A stretch of DNA of 62,731 bases, counting the filler, from Kipferlia bialata (Eukaryota): the NCBI GenBank assembly GCA_003568945.1. It is 6 parts of 6 records of this genome, joined end to end, with 100 filler letters (N's around TTAATTAATTAA, not from the genome) between each part and the next. Parts side by side here need not be neighbours in the genome. Positions count along the whole stretch, not along the records: positions 45,656 to 56,949 come from BDIP01001258.1; positions 57,050 to 62,731 come from BDIP01001268.1; 4 more parts are not named here. The stretch is one strand, 5' to 3'. Each line of letters opens with the position of its first letter. Position 1 is the stretch's first letter. The translations under genes were made by a program, and so were the position numbers. Under the pieces are notes generated by a model. It did not search any database. It was not told the origin of the DNA and saw only the letters and a list, made by a program, of their open reading frames with translations. Of this stretch, positions 48,221 through 61,821 are shown one piece after another.

Positions 48221-49273
48221 ATGATACCTGCAGAATGGTGGAAGAGGGTATCATTTCGCTGTTGAGTTGACTGCACTCATGCCATGTGGATGCCTTCCTA
48301 GCTCGTATAGTCATACCTGTAAGTTACAAGTTGTACTAGAACGACCAGAAGACGTTGTCTGAGGCCTGAAGTGATACAGCAATACTCGTTGCTGCTTCTA
48401 TTGAATGGCCAGGTACCATACGACATCATAGTGACATGCATACTATTCATCCAATTCATAATTGTCTGGTGGTTGGTTGATACTAACAACTACAGTTTTG
48501 GGCTACTGCGCTTCTATGCCGTGCTTGCCTACCTAGTAGCCTGTGCGTTTCTCTTCGTGGTTGCGACAGTTCCCACCCTCTCCAAGGTCCTTCCCCACTT
48601 TGAGGGCCTCTCTCGTGCTGTATCGTTTCTAGACAAGATATGTGGCACGTCTTGGTGTGTTGCGTTAATGCAGAACAGCTTACTGGTGCACCCACTGCAA
48701 ACTATGTACACAGGTATGCCTCTTCCAGACAAGCATCAAATGCCCATTGCACTATATATTATATTATATATTGTATATATACTTATACTAGTCTCCAGTA
48801 CTATCTTACAACCAGCTCTACAGTATAGCATTGTGACCCTGACAGACATGGCGGATACAGTATCCATAACAACCATAACAGAGGGATCCAAGCACACCCA
48901 CGGAGCACCACACACTTCTACACCATCAAGCCCGGTAACAGTCATCCCCCATACACAGCAACTGGCATGTCTGGCAGTCAATGCAATGGCAATGATGCGA
49001 TGGGGTACATTGCTTCAGTGTGGTGTTATATGTGCGGAACTAGTGTTGCCCTCATGTGAAATCACCAGATGTTTCCACTTAGTAGCTGGTATTCTGGTAA
49101 TCTTGGCCCAAGTGAAGGTAATTTCATGTCTGAATGAGACTCTCTATTTCACTTGTGTCACACGAGTCGTGTGCTGCAAAAATTGGTGCTACATTTATAA
49201 CAATGAAATTCTTATCGCAGACTCTCAGACTCTTTCAAAGATGCGATCAGGCGCTGGTGCAAAGACTGAGTAA
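48221..49273 (+). CDS. Hypothetical multi-pass membrane protein
   Basis: 300-aa ORF with several hydrophobic segments. It probably includes read-through introns (48413-48495, 48714-48798). Start uncertain. Confidence 0.45.
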
Positions 49274-52228
49274 GTACTGGACCGAGAGTGAAAAGCAAGG
49301 TAGCTACAGTATACTTCCTGGTGGCAGTATTCTAGATGTCGTCTCCTATTCTTAAAGTTCTGCAGCACTAACCCAGCCCTGCCTATATCCGGTGTGCAGG
49401 GCCAGTTCGTGAGGGTCATAAGCAAGACTGACATCGCGGTGAGGATCAAGTGTTGTGTTTGCTAGACAGTTCCATAGTAATACTTTACGACTTAAAGTTT
49501 ACGTCAGGTGTACTTCAATGCCTGTCTATTAGCGTCAGTCGGGGTGTTTGTCGCTGAATTTACTGGCAGGCAACAACAGGTTCTCTTTCGTTCTTAGATT
49601 CAGAATCTCCACGAATACAGTCAGTTCGGTTGCTCATACACATACTAGTATAACACTAGTAGTACTAAATTCTACATCATAGCAATACAACATTTCCATT
49701 ATGAAGTTACCCACCGCCCAGGTGTTCCTCGCGTTTCTCCCTGTATTCCTAGTTCTTTCTGGGCAAATGCTTATACATCCCTGTGTGTTTAGCCACCATG
49801 CCAATGCAATGTGCTCATGGGTACTGAGTGCAGGGGTCACATACCAGATGCGAAGCGAGGTACGTTGCGTTCAAGCATCGTGTCATTTTCTGATCCATCA
49901 TATATGTGTGTGTACGGGGATTATTTCAGAGTCAAGTCATCACCACTGATATATTCCTCTGCAAGCTATCGTTGTAGGGTTAGAACACAATTATTGAGAC
50001 CTGACATCAGACGTGCCAATCCTATTCAGAACCTCACTCGAGCATGTACCAATATCTGGCATGGCTTCTTGTTGACAAGGACAGCGAGCCCCCAATTCAA
50101 AATATCAAGGTATAGTAGACAGTTAGTTACAAACCACTGTCACGATAGTAAGCAAAACTGCTACTGAGTATGATAACCCAATAGTCAACTCCTCACTAAC
50201 ACCTAGATTCTGGGTCTGATTGCCAGTCTGCAACAGGAGGACAGGTCACAACGCCTTCGTGACATGTACATGCTACACACTGTAGGAACTCCACGAATCA
50301 CCATGTTCCGCCATGTACGGGATGTGTCTAAGAGTCAAAGTCTTTGACTAATGGTCATAAGTACTCTCACTTCAGTATATCTTCGAGGCCATCTTTGTTC
50401 TTCCCACCGTTCTGCAGAGATATCTGGCTCGTTGGGTGTTGCCACTTGCCCTGCTTCTAAGGGAAAGGTATTATTGATCCACAATCATCGAGACTGCTTG
50501 TAGTGCAATTCTATATCTTCATCCACACTTGTACGGTTTCTACAACCACTTAACAGTAGAGACTGGTTTAGACAGACTGTGCTGGCTCAGAGATACACTG
50601 CATCACTACGTCTTCGATGCTCTTCGGAGATGACGTATTGCAGCTCAGCAGGTAATGGGTATACGTATTATGAAGGATTTCAATCAGTTGTCCTTCGAAC
50701 GTCGTAATTGCATCTACAAATCTGAAACTCATAGCCAGATACCATGTTCCGACTTCTTGACGAGATTCAGCAGATCCGAGAACTTGAAAGGTAGCTATGT
50801 CCGAATGTAAATATAGTTTAACATTCCTGTCATCACTCTGTAAACGTCCAAATATCTGACCATAGCTACCATATAGCTGCCAAGCTAAGCACGTACCAGC
50901 TAGTCTCTGGAAGAGTTGATCGTCACAACGGAGGATACATCCCCCATGACCCTAAGGTATACTGCGTATACTGCATCTATACTGTAACTTGTATACTACA
51001 CTGCAGATGGAAGTGCTCCACTCTGAGAGGTCCGACTACAGTTCAAATATATACATGTCTACGTCATACACGCTGACCTCAGGAGGTCGATAATGATCAC
51101 TGGCTTCCCATTGCAAGGGTCAACAGCAGATCTGAAGTCACATGTACAGCGAAGCTACCAACCCTTCCACACACACCTTGTGAGAGAAGTCACAAGATCA
51201 TGTAAGTCTATCGATATTGAGAACCATAAAGTCACACGGGTATGCGAGTAATTATAACTCACTAACAGGTGGCCACCGACTGCATTCCCACAGGACACAG
51301 CACTAGCCAGATGCTTCCAGGCTATATACATCAACCACCCCCAGGACCAGTATATGATGATGACGGAGTCTTGGTATCGGTTCATAATGATGGACCCATA
51401 TGATGTACGACGTACATTGTACGTCTACTTAATACAAAGTGCCCTAAGCGAGAGAGTGTGAGCCTACCATTGTCTAACACCAGCCTTATGGACTCTGGAT
51501 GCGTATGCTAGATCAGTATGATCCCGACGTGAGGACATATACACTGAGTAGTTGGGCACTTGGGGTGAGATTCTGGCCATTGTCTTGGTCTCCATTATAC
51601 CCATAAACACCTAGAAAATGACAGACTGTATCTTCCCATTGGTCATTGAACGATTCTAAATGTAGGCGCTGAGCTTCTGATGTCAGGGAATCATGACGCT
51701 TGCAACAGCTCAGCCATCTATTTACGCAGTGGCCGGGATGAACGTATACAATGGGACTGAAAGGGTGAGTGGTAGTAGGTGTCTTATGTTCTACGATTTC
51801 TATTCGACAGCTTGACTTAACTTTCAGTTCCGTCTGCGGTTTGTGTGGGTCGAGTTCATCGACATGAGGGATGCCCAAGGACGGCCAACAGTGGTGAGTA
51901 TCCACAAACTATGCTTCTCATGATTACGAGATATTTACCAATTACTGATACTACCAAGTGACCCTCTCTGTCGTGAAGTCTAACCCTGCAGAGTCCTGGT
52001 ATCGTCACAATCTTCTGGCACCGGAACCAGATGGCACTGATGCGTAGGTATGACATGCAGCATACAATATATACTAGGCCTTGATCACTGCTGTTTCTAG
52101 AGATCATCAATCAATTAGCGAGTTCACACTTGGGCTTACTAATAGTTGGTCAGTATACGTACATAATATGCATGAATTTTATCGGTTCGGTTTTTATCAT
52201 GTGTTGGATTCTGTTGATTGATACGCAG

Positions 52229-55200
52229 AAGACATGCTCTTCACTTGGACATACCTCTTGCCCTTCCTCCTCCATTCGTTGAGACCAACAAGTGTCGCTG
52301 CAGTGTATGTGTCAAAAGACGTCTGAACAGTATTGTTCAACAACCAAGCTTGGTTAGAAAACTTAGGAGACGGGGCAGTTCTCAGTGCCTGGCGGAGAGG
52401 TATAGATGATGAAATAGGAGCACAGACTCATAGACAAGTACACAGTCACTTTAGAATTCTTGCAATTGATACACTTGGTAGTATAGTATAAAGTGGCATG
52501 TTGCTCTGATCGTCTAGGGTCATGAAGCCAAGACGTCGGTGCTTTGGCTGTCCTGTAGTGCACCTGCCCCTCACTCTGTTCACACAACCAATGCATCTAG
52601 TCTCTAAGGCAAGAATGACACCTTCGTGTTTTGGAAGCACTTGTTCTACTTCTTATATCATTATAATGTTGTCTACATAGGAAAGAGGTCGTTGACCTAT
52701 TACACACGTAGACTGACTCAGGGAAGAATTACAGACTTCTTCTATCGGTACCAGAGGGCATTGGAGGATACAAAGACTAGGTACAATACACCCACGTCCC
52801 GACATAACAAAGTTTGGAACTCTTCTCACATGATAGACATGCACTGAACCACTTCCGTGCTAGTGTGCACTACAACACATCTCTCCTAGGCAGAGAGTGC
52901 AACGCACCTGGATTCCCTATGGGGTGCATGTTTCTCTTTAACTCTATGGGGTACGCAACAGGCTTCAATACACTGTCTCTTCTTATCTTTCTATTATTAC
53001 CGCACACTTCACGTTGCGTTGAACGTCAGGTATGAGGCCTGTGACGTGTCGCAAATCCAGTTTGCCACACTTATGCTGTCGATTTCGGTGAGTATTATTC
53101 TAACGGCTCATCACTGCTTTGATTAATACACTTGTCTCCCTCCATTCAATGGAGTCCACTGTGTTGGTCGTACAATTACTGATATTCGCTACTTTAACCC
53201 AGTCGGTATACCCGCTCTCTGCTGAACGAGACCCGCACCAGTCCACCCTGGATACCCTCCATCTAACCCACCACTTGATACATTCCGTCCGGGCGAGCGA
53301 TGGGGGAGTGACACTCATGAGTCTCTTACAGGTTCGCACACTGCTAAATAGTATCGGAACTTAGGATAGTTGGTGGATGAATCATGGTTGTCTCCCTTAC
53401 GTCAGAGCCTTGTTGCCGTCTTCGCAGGCCTCGCCACTGGGTTGATTCCAGGTAATCCATATACCGTGTATACTAGACAAACGTTGTTCAATAGTACTGA
53501 ATCAATCAGAGTTACCGTTAACTAAAAGTCTAGTCAAGAATGCACTTACAACAGGGACAAGTACTGATGGTCGTGTCGCTGTGACTGCCAATCTCCACAA
53601 GGAGAGATGCGTTCACTCACACGCTGCAGGGTATGGAGTACAAGGAGACCTCACACAAATTGTGTATTGCAGTCCATCCCTAGTAGTATACTCACCATAG
53701 TCTAGTCCTGGTTGTTGCCAAGCAGACTGGCGTCCTAGAGCACCTACCCCTGGGTACATGTGCCTTGATCAGAACACTAATACTAGCAACTGCACCTGAG
53801 AGTATATGTGCACTGATTCTGGAGGTATTATTTGACAGTTCTCGTTATGTTCTCTTTTGTGACATGTCTATTGAGTCTCATCCTATCAGGTCCAACGTTG
53901 TGTCAAGTGGCTACAGTCAATGTCACCCGAGGAGACAGCACAAGTAGTTGAGTTGTCTCGGCCACAGGTACTCTTTACTATATAGGCTATATATCACACT
54001 TATCCTAATTTGCGGAGTCTATATATCAGGCATACATATAGTTAAGAGAGACACAACAGTATGCCCTCACTCAAATTCTACCGTACACCCTTAGTACCCT
54101 CACCCCAGTTGGAAGACATCCTTCCCTCCATTCTGTCCGCCCCTTACTCTGTCATGGCAAGTCTTCAGTCACTGCTACTAAGGTATAGGTGGCGTTTCAG
54201 GGTACACGTTTCATACAATGGTGTAACCACTCTTCTCTCTCTGTTAATTTGCAATGTAAACTTTGCAGACGTATGTTGTAATTCATAGTTGCCCTAACAC
54301 TCCCAGAAGTATCGTTGCCCTATCTAGTATGGCCTGGTGTCGGAGACTGAGCCACAGAAGGAGGTACTATAACCGTTTGCTGACAGACTCTTTACAGATG
54401 ATCTCTATTATGTTTGTGATACTCGTTACCATAGGTGGAAAGAGGAGGTTAAGCAGAAGCGCGCCCTTGACCTCTTCGCCCATGGTGTCAGTGCTAATTG
54501 GACGGGTTCCGAGGAGAAGGTATTCCGCTCTTTGACATTGTGTGTTGACGTTGCTGTTACAGCAATGCTGTACTCACACTAGCTTTGCGATGTCTATCGG
54601 AGTCTGCTGTACCTTCCCCTGCTTGAAGAGTTGATTGCTTTGGCAAGTGTTCTCAAGCTCAAGTACTTTGTAGCGAGGCTGAGGGACCTGAAAGAGGATG
54701 TGCGTAAATAGAGTGGAAGTGCATTTACGTGCCTGTGACGTACATATACCAAACGCATGAATATCTGTGGGGGTTTCTTCCTCGTTATGTTATTTCCAGG
54801 GACAGCAAAGTGGAAAACAGTACTATTTGAGGCTATCATCGTGTGACACGAAGTTCGTGTCTATGATTGTCTACATATTGAAACTTATCAGTGCTACCTA
54901 CTATACTGTAGAGTTAGCTGCAGGGGTCACTGATAAATACAGGTGTTTAGTGAAGTCCGCTCTCTACCTACCGTACTCCCAAGTGAATGGGACCATTCCT
55001 TAGCCGTTATACTTCTGGACGTGCCCAAAGGCTCTCCATTCCCCCTAAGGCCCTCATCCAATCAGGCCTCCCTGCCTCTCTCTGGGATCAGAGGTACCCT
55101 ACACTGGCTGACTTGACAGGTTAGGGTAATTGTTACTCTCGGTTGATGCTTTGATGTGATCTTACAATCTTACCCAGACGCTATGGACGGTGAGTCCTGC

Positions 55201-56949
55201 GGCAGATGGAGGGCGGCATGGGTCAGTGATGAAGACATGGCATACAGATACGCACTTTACCCCATATCCTGTTGTTGCGGGCAAGTAGCGGTAGAGTACT
55301 CAGTAACCGCTGGCGTATATGTCCTGGGCAAGTTCAAACACGAAGGCCATGACAGGTACTTGACACACATGTATATCGATATATGTATACATACACATAT
55401 ACGTTTCGCTGTCTCAGTTAGTGTCCTGGGCAAGTTCCAACGCACAGCCATGACAGGTGGTTCAGACATAAGTTATGTCACATAACACATATGAATGAAT
55501 TATACATAATGTATATACATACCCATTTTCATGTTCCCTCCTGTACCAACCTACTGATCACTAACAACAGTGACCTGACGTATGGTCACGCACCGTACTG
55601 CCTGTACGGAGTGAGGGACAGAGCTCTTCAGATGACCTCCCAGGAGTCCTCTGGTATCCCTCTCTCTCTGTGGGATGAGGAGTTTGGGAGTGTCAACAGG
55701 CTGCTAGAGAGAATGGATGAGGTAAGTAGCTCTGTCGTTCACAATTACTCTTTGATGTCGGTAATGTAAAGGCCCACATACATATATAAATAGTGTGACA
55801 ATAGCACTCTTTCAGATATCGTATAGATATGTTGGTGATATGTTCTTCTTCAATGCCAGTCTCACATTCTAGGTAACAGGGGGGACCTGGGTAGTTAGCC
55901 GCAGACGGCAAGTGAGAGCTATAGGAGGTATTGCCATAATTTATTCTGGAATACGTAGAGTATATGTGACTGTATCACATAGTTAGTGATAAACACTCAA
56001 AGGGTACTGCCTACTCCTACGTCTCACCCTTAGCTGGATCAGTTCAGTGTGCTTCCTGTAAAGGATGTGTGGTTGGATACACTTCTAGAGGAGTCGTGGC
56101 TCTACGGGGATACAGCAAGAGAACCTATAGAGGCGATGGAACTGTCGTGCCCAACTGCCATCACCCGGACTGTCCCTTCAAGGTCAGAGCGGACAGAGGT
56201 AGGATGGAGTGTATCGACTGTGATGACTCTTTTCCAACTGCTTAACCTAATATATCATATATATATATACATAAATATATTTTTCACTCTGGTAAGAGGA
56301 GGACTGACAATTAGGCATACCTTATCCAGATGTTACACTTCACAGTCTGGTAGAACCAAGGGTTCCTGACCCAACTCTTTGGCAGGAAGTGTTACTAGCA
56401 GTTATAGGACCTGGCCAAGCACTGTTTAGAGCGTGCGGGTTCCACTGCGATAACACCAACACGCTACGTGTCATCTCTATGGCCTGTGCTGGTGACAGAG
56501 AGACCAGGTCCATCCGCACAAGAGAATACATCAGCCTTCCTTCAGGAATGGGGTTACTAGCAGCAGGGAATCGGGGACGACTCAACATATGGCGGGTTGG
56601 CAGTGAGCTGGTCATACCACTGTGGCCCACCGGTCACCAGCACCAGAGTCCTATTACATACACTCTGTCGTTGGACACATTTTGCTGGAGGCCACTATTT
56701 AACACTCCTCCTCCACACATCAATCCTCCTGATCCCCTCGTCAGAAGTCCCACAGCCCTTACGTGTGCCTTTGTATTGGATGATGAGGTCCATTATCTCG
56801 GACGGAGACTCCCCATCCCATCGCACTGGCATAGAGGAGACATTCTTGTACACTGGAGGTTCAATCTAGAGACTGAAGAGTGGAGTGAGGTGTGTCTCGT
56901 AGGGACACTCTCGACCAATACTCATTGGTGGTTTGGGGCCCAGTTTTGT
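52229..56949 (+). CDS. Multi-exon hypothetical protein, Leu-rich helical region followed by a kelch-like domain; boundaries uncertain, may begin near 50200, 3'-truncated
   Basis: Regularly spaced GT/GC-AG exons, e.g. GRITDFFYRYQRALEDTKT, SLVAVFAGLATGLIP, VQRCVKWLQSMSPEETAQ, LEDILPSILSAPY, LCDVYRSLLYLPLLEELIAL, ending in a long exon AVIGPGQALF...TYTLSLDTFCW...RFNLETEEW. Confidence 0.5.
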
Positions 56950-57049
56950 NNNNNNNNNNNNNNNNNNNNNNNNNNNNNNNNNNNNNNNNNNNNTTAATTA
57001 ATTAANNNNNNNNNNNNNNNNNNNNNNNNNNNNNNNNNNNNNNNNNNNN
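56950..57049. other. Artificial scaffold-joining spacer
   Basis: N44-TTAATTAATTAA-N44. Confidence 0.99.
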
Positions 57050-57181
57050 GGGAAAAGAGGGCCCCCCTCCCCCCCCCCCCCCCCCCCCCCTCTCTCTATT
57101 CCATGAGTATATGTTTTCCGCTTCTATACCCTTGCCCACCTTAACCCCAGGATGATGGGTGCCATGTCTCACCCTTTACTA

Positions 57182-57219
<38 letters not shown>

Positions 57220-57330
57220 CCCATCTCTCACCCCCAGGATGATGGGTGCCCGGTCTGACCTCGAGGATGACCTCTCTCTCTATTGTATGAGTATATATTG
57301 TTAGCTGCAAAACCATTAACTCACCCCCAG

Positions 57331-57968
57331 GATGATGGGTGCCCGGTCTGACCTTGAGGATGACCTGGATGGAGGCATGGGAGAGGACTTCAGGTAATAC
57401 TTCATACATAGTGTTCTATATATGTGTGTGTACACTTTATTAGTACTACCGATCGACGGAGGCATGGGAGAGGACTTCAGGTACATACAGTTGTTTGAAT
57501 TATACATACTAAAGTATACATTACTGGCTCTCTCTTACCCCAGCCTGTGTGCCTCTGACCCCCTCAATGACCCCCTCGCCCTTGTCATCCCACCCTCCTA
57601 CAAGGGGGACGTCAACGACACAGGTATACTATATATACATTAATGTGGCATGTATCCGTACTATATATATTATGATATATATATATATATATATAAGTAT
57701 GTTCTCCCTCCTACAAGGGAGATGTCAACGATACAAATACCCCTCTCGCTCTATGTGTTTATATTGTCTATAGTGTATTCCCTTTTGTATTTCTGACCCT
57801 TCAGAGAAGGAGGCTCCCAAGGACATCTCTCTCTCTCTCTCTCTATGTGTATAGTGTATAGATCGTTGTATATATATGTGTTTCTGACCCTTCAGAGAAG
57901 GAGGCACCCAAGGATGACCTCGAGGACGACCTTGACGCAGGTACTCTCCCATTACCTCTCCTTCCAGA

Positions 57969-58010
<42 letters not shown>

Positions 58011-58890
58011 ACATATCCTCACCTCCAGATGCCACTGAGTCTGAGCCCCAGACCCCTCTCGAGGCTGCCAAGCCAACAACATCAAGGTAATCTCTCTCTT
58101 TCTCTCTCTCTTCACAATATTGTGTTAATATGCATTCCTGTCTCTCTCCCTCTACCCCCTTATTGCCAGGCTGCGTCTTTGGATGAACAGGAGCAGGGAG
58201 ACCTCCTCTGCCGCCCCAGGCACTACATCGGCACCGGCATCAGTGCCAGCCACACCAGGTATGGGTATCAATATGTATATATACACACTATGTGAAGTAT
58301 TTATATATTATTTATATATACTATGTATACATAGTATACCCTGGCACCACATCGGCATCGGCATCAGTGCCAGCCACATCAGGCATGTATATTTATTATC
58401 TATGTATTCAATATATATATATACTCTCTCCATGTCTAGAGCTAACCTCTCAGCCCCTGACCCCCCCGTTCCCCTCTAATATTTAACTAATGTATACTAG
58501 TACAATACACAATATGTATATGTATTGCAATTTGGATCTATTCCTCTAACCTCCCAGCCGCTGACACCCCCGTGCCCCTGCCCCTGCCTGTCCCTGCCAA
58601 GCCAGAGGTCAAGCCGGAGGTGTGTATGTATATACATATATATATATATATATATGGATATACTGAGAGAGAGATAGTGTGTGTGTGTGTGTGTGCACTT
58701 GTATTATTGGATGGTATGCTCACTCTCAGCCTGAGCCCAAGGTGGAGGTATATATAGCCTGTATATATATATGTCTGTGTACCCCACACAATATGTGTAT
58801 GTATAGCATCCATGATTACTCACCCCCAGCCTGAGCCCAAGGTGGAGGTGGCCCCAGCTGCCAGTGCCCCACTCCCTGTGCCTAGGTACA

Positions 58891-58927
<37 letters not shown>

Positions 58928-59326
58928 ACACCCTTATTTCTCTGTCTACACCCTTATATTCAGCAAGAAGAAGGCCGAGCCCAAGCCCACCCCTCTTCCC
59001 CTCCCTGTCGCTGCCGCCCCTGCCCCTCTGCCCACAAGGTACTCTCTCTCTCTCTCTCTCTCTCTCTCAGATTAGTGCAAACTCATCCAATCAGATTTTG
59101 TATGATGCCACCCCTCACTCACTCTATATATATACTCTTACTCTCAGTGCTGCCAAGCCCGAGGCCCCTGCCGCCCCCACCCCCGCCCCCTCTGCTAGTG
59201 CCGCTAGACCCACCCCTCTGCCCCTGCCCATGGCAGCCAAGCCCAGGTAATGTATAGTTATCTATGTATATACGTTCACACACACACATATATATCTGTG
59301 TCTCTTCCCATGGCAGCCAAGCCCAG

Positions 59327-59357
<31 letters not shown>

Positions 59358-61692
59358 ACATGGTGTCTTAATATGAGTCTTAATATGAGTCTTACCCCCA
59401 GTGCCAACCCCGCCCCCATGGCAGCTAACGCTCAGCAGAGGTATGGACTGACTCTCTCCACCTACCCCCTCTTTACACCAAGGAGAGAGACTGACTCTCT
59501 CTATATTTCAAAACTCACTCTAGCTCTCACCCCCTCCCCGTCCCCTCTCTCTGTCTCTCTTCCTTCCTCTCTCCCTCTCTCTCGCCATATACCCCCGTCT
59601 TACCCTAGCTCCCACCCCCTCCCCGTCCCCACTGGCGAGAGACTCACCCAGTCCTCCCCCGCCATGGCCATGCAGTACCAGAGGGTACGACTATATATAT
59701 GTATATATATACAATGATGTATAGTATACGCATATACTATTTATCTATGTATACATGTCCTCCCCCGCCATGGCCATGCAGTACCAGAGGGTACGAGTCT
59801 CTCTCTCATGTGTATTATCATTACTGTATGTTTCCACGAATATTTATGTATCCTGCTCCAGTAGCTTCATGCTCACTTATTTCTCTCTGTCTCTTCCCCT
59901 CTCACCCCAGCAGCAGCAGCAGCAGTACAGAGGATACGAGTGTATGTATACATATGTGTATTTATTATATATGTATTACTATTCGTACTTCCTTACCCCA
60001 GCAGCAGCAGCAGCAGTACAGAGGATACCCCCAGAGGCCAGTCAAGGGTACGTTGTGTCCTGTGTCTCTTTCTCTATCTCTCTCTCTATATATATATGGA
60101 TGCATCTTATTACAGGAGGCCCCGCCCTCCAGGGCCCTGCCATGCCACCCGGCATGCAGATGCAGGCACCCCAGTACAGGCCAGGTACATACAGAGTCTA
60201 TGCATGTCTCTCTCTCTCTATCCCTCTAGCCCCTTATTCCAGCCCCCCAGCAGTACCTCCCCCAGTGGTACTACATCTCTCTCTCTCTCTCTCTCTCTCT
60301 CTAGCCCCTTATTCCAGCCCCCCAGCAGTACCTCCCCCAGTGGTACTACCTCGACAACTCCCAGCAGATCCAGGGCCCCTTCAGCAACCAGCGGATGAGG
60401 ACATGGTGAGTTTATATACATATTCATTTATATATGTAAGTATGTGTGTATTTATCCCCCCCTCACCCCAGGTATGCCAAGGGTGTCCTCTCCTTCCCGA
60501 TATCTCTCTCTATCACACAGTATATGTATGTATGTATACACTGACTCTCCAGGTATGCCAAGGGTGTCCTCCCCTTCGCCCTCCCCGTCAGGGCAGAGTC
60601 CGACCCATACTTCGTCAGGTATATACTATATATATATGTATACCTACTATACAGTGTATACTTATATATATGTGTATGTGTATATACCTATAGTGCATTG
60701 TGTATATAGACATCCCTGTCAGGGCAGAGTCCGACCCATACTTCGTCAGGTATATATGGTGTTATGTGTATATGATATACCACTATATATACTAATCAAG
60801 GGTATATGATATTTGTGTCAATGTATATTGATATGGATTCAGTATTGTGGACGCCTCTTGGTCAGTATATGTGAATGACTGTATACCTTCTGTATCCAGA
60901 AACCCACACACATCATGTGTGGAACAATTAAAATAATTTCAAAATCTACATTAATCCTCTCTCTCTCTCCTTCTGATGACTAGACTTGGCAACAGGTTCT
61001 GTGGCCTTGAGCCCTTCTCTGTGGTGCCACCCTTCCCAGTCAGTGTCAAGCCAGTCAACCAGGTGTGTAAATGTAATAGTATGTATATATAACATAGTAT
61101 AAGCTACTGTTTATATACACATGTCTATAGTGCCACCCTTCCCAGTGTCGGTCAAGCCAGTGAATCAGGTACATATTGTTTCATTCTAATAACAATAATC
61201 ATAGTAGTACATATGTTTTTGGTTGTGTCTCTATATCTCTCACCCCCCAGACCCCTGCCCAGACCACCGAGCAGAAGAAGCCAGAGAGGAAGGTATGTCT
61301 CTCTCTCTATATATATGAATCTCCATTCCCCTCCCACTTCTCTCTCCAATACTTTTCAACCTCTCTCTCTCTAATATATCAGACCAAGCCCGCCCACACT
61401 GACCGTGCCCCTGTCAAGCCTGCCCCACTCCCCCAGGCAGGACCCAGGATGGTATGTGTATTGTAGTATATACATATATGTATATACATATAATGTAGTA
61501 TATACATATATGTAGATACATATATGTATTGTATATATGTAAGTATACTCTCTGTTCCTTTGTTACATCTATGATTAGTTAGGCAGTATTTGTATTTATT
61601 GATGAATGTATGTATTTTTATCTATACCACTCACCCTAGGTCCAGGGCCAGCCCATGCCCGGCCCCAGCCCCGTCAGGCACACGCCCCAGGT

Positions 61693-61730
<38 letters not shown>

Positions 61731-61790
61731 CATATATATATACTAATGTTAATATATATATACAGCAGGCACACGCCCCACGTATACACA

Positions 61791-61821
<31 letters not shown>

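Noticed and set aside
49300..52200. Possible transposon, virus or adenylate cyclase remnants
   Set aside because: No RT, integrase, transposase, capsid or cyclase motifs and no terminal repeats found; only unresolved short exon-like segments.
11332..57049. TTAATTAATTAA palindrome recurring every ~11.4 kb
   Set aside because: It is embedded in exactly 44+44 Ns between scaffolds of decreasing length, so it is a concatenation linker. Gene adjacency across these points is meaningless.
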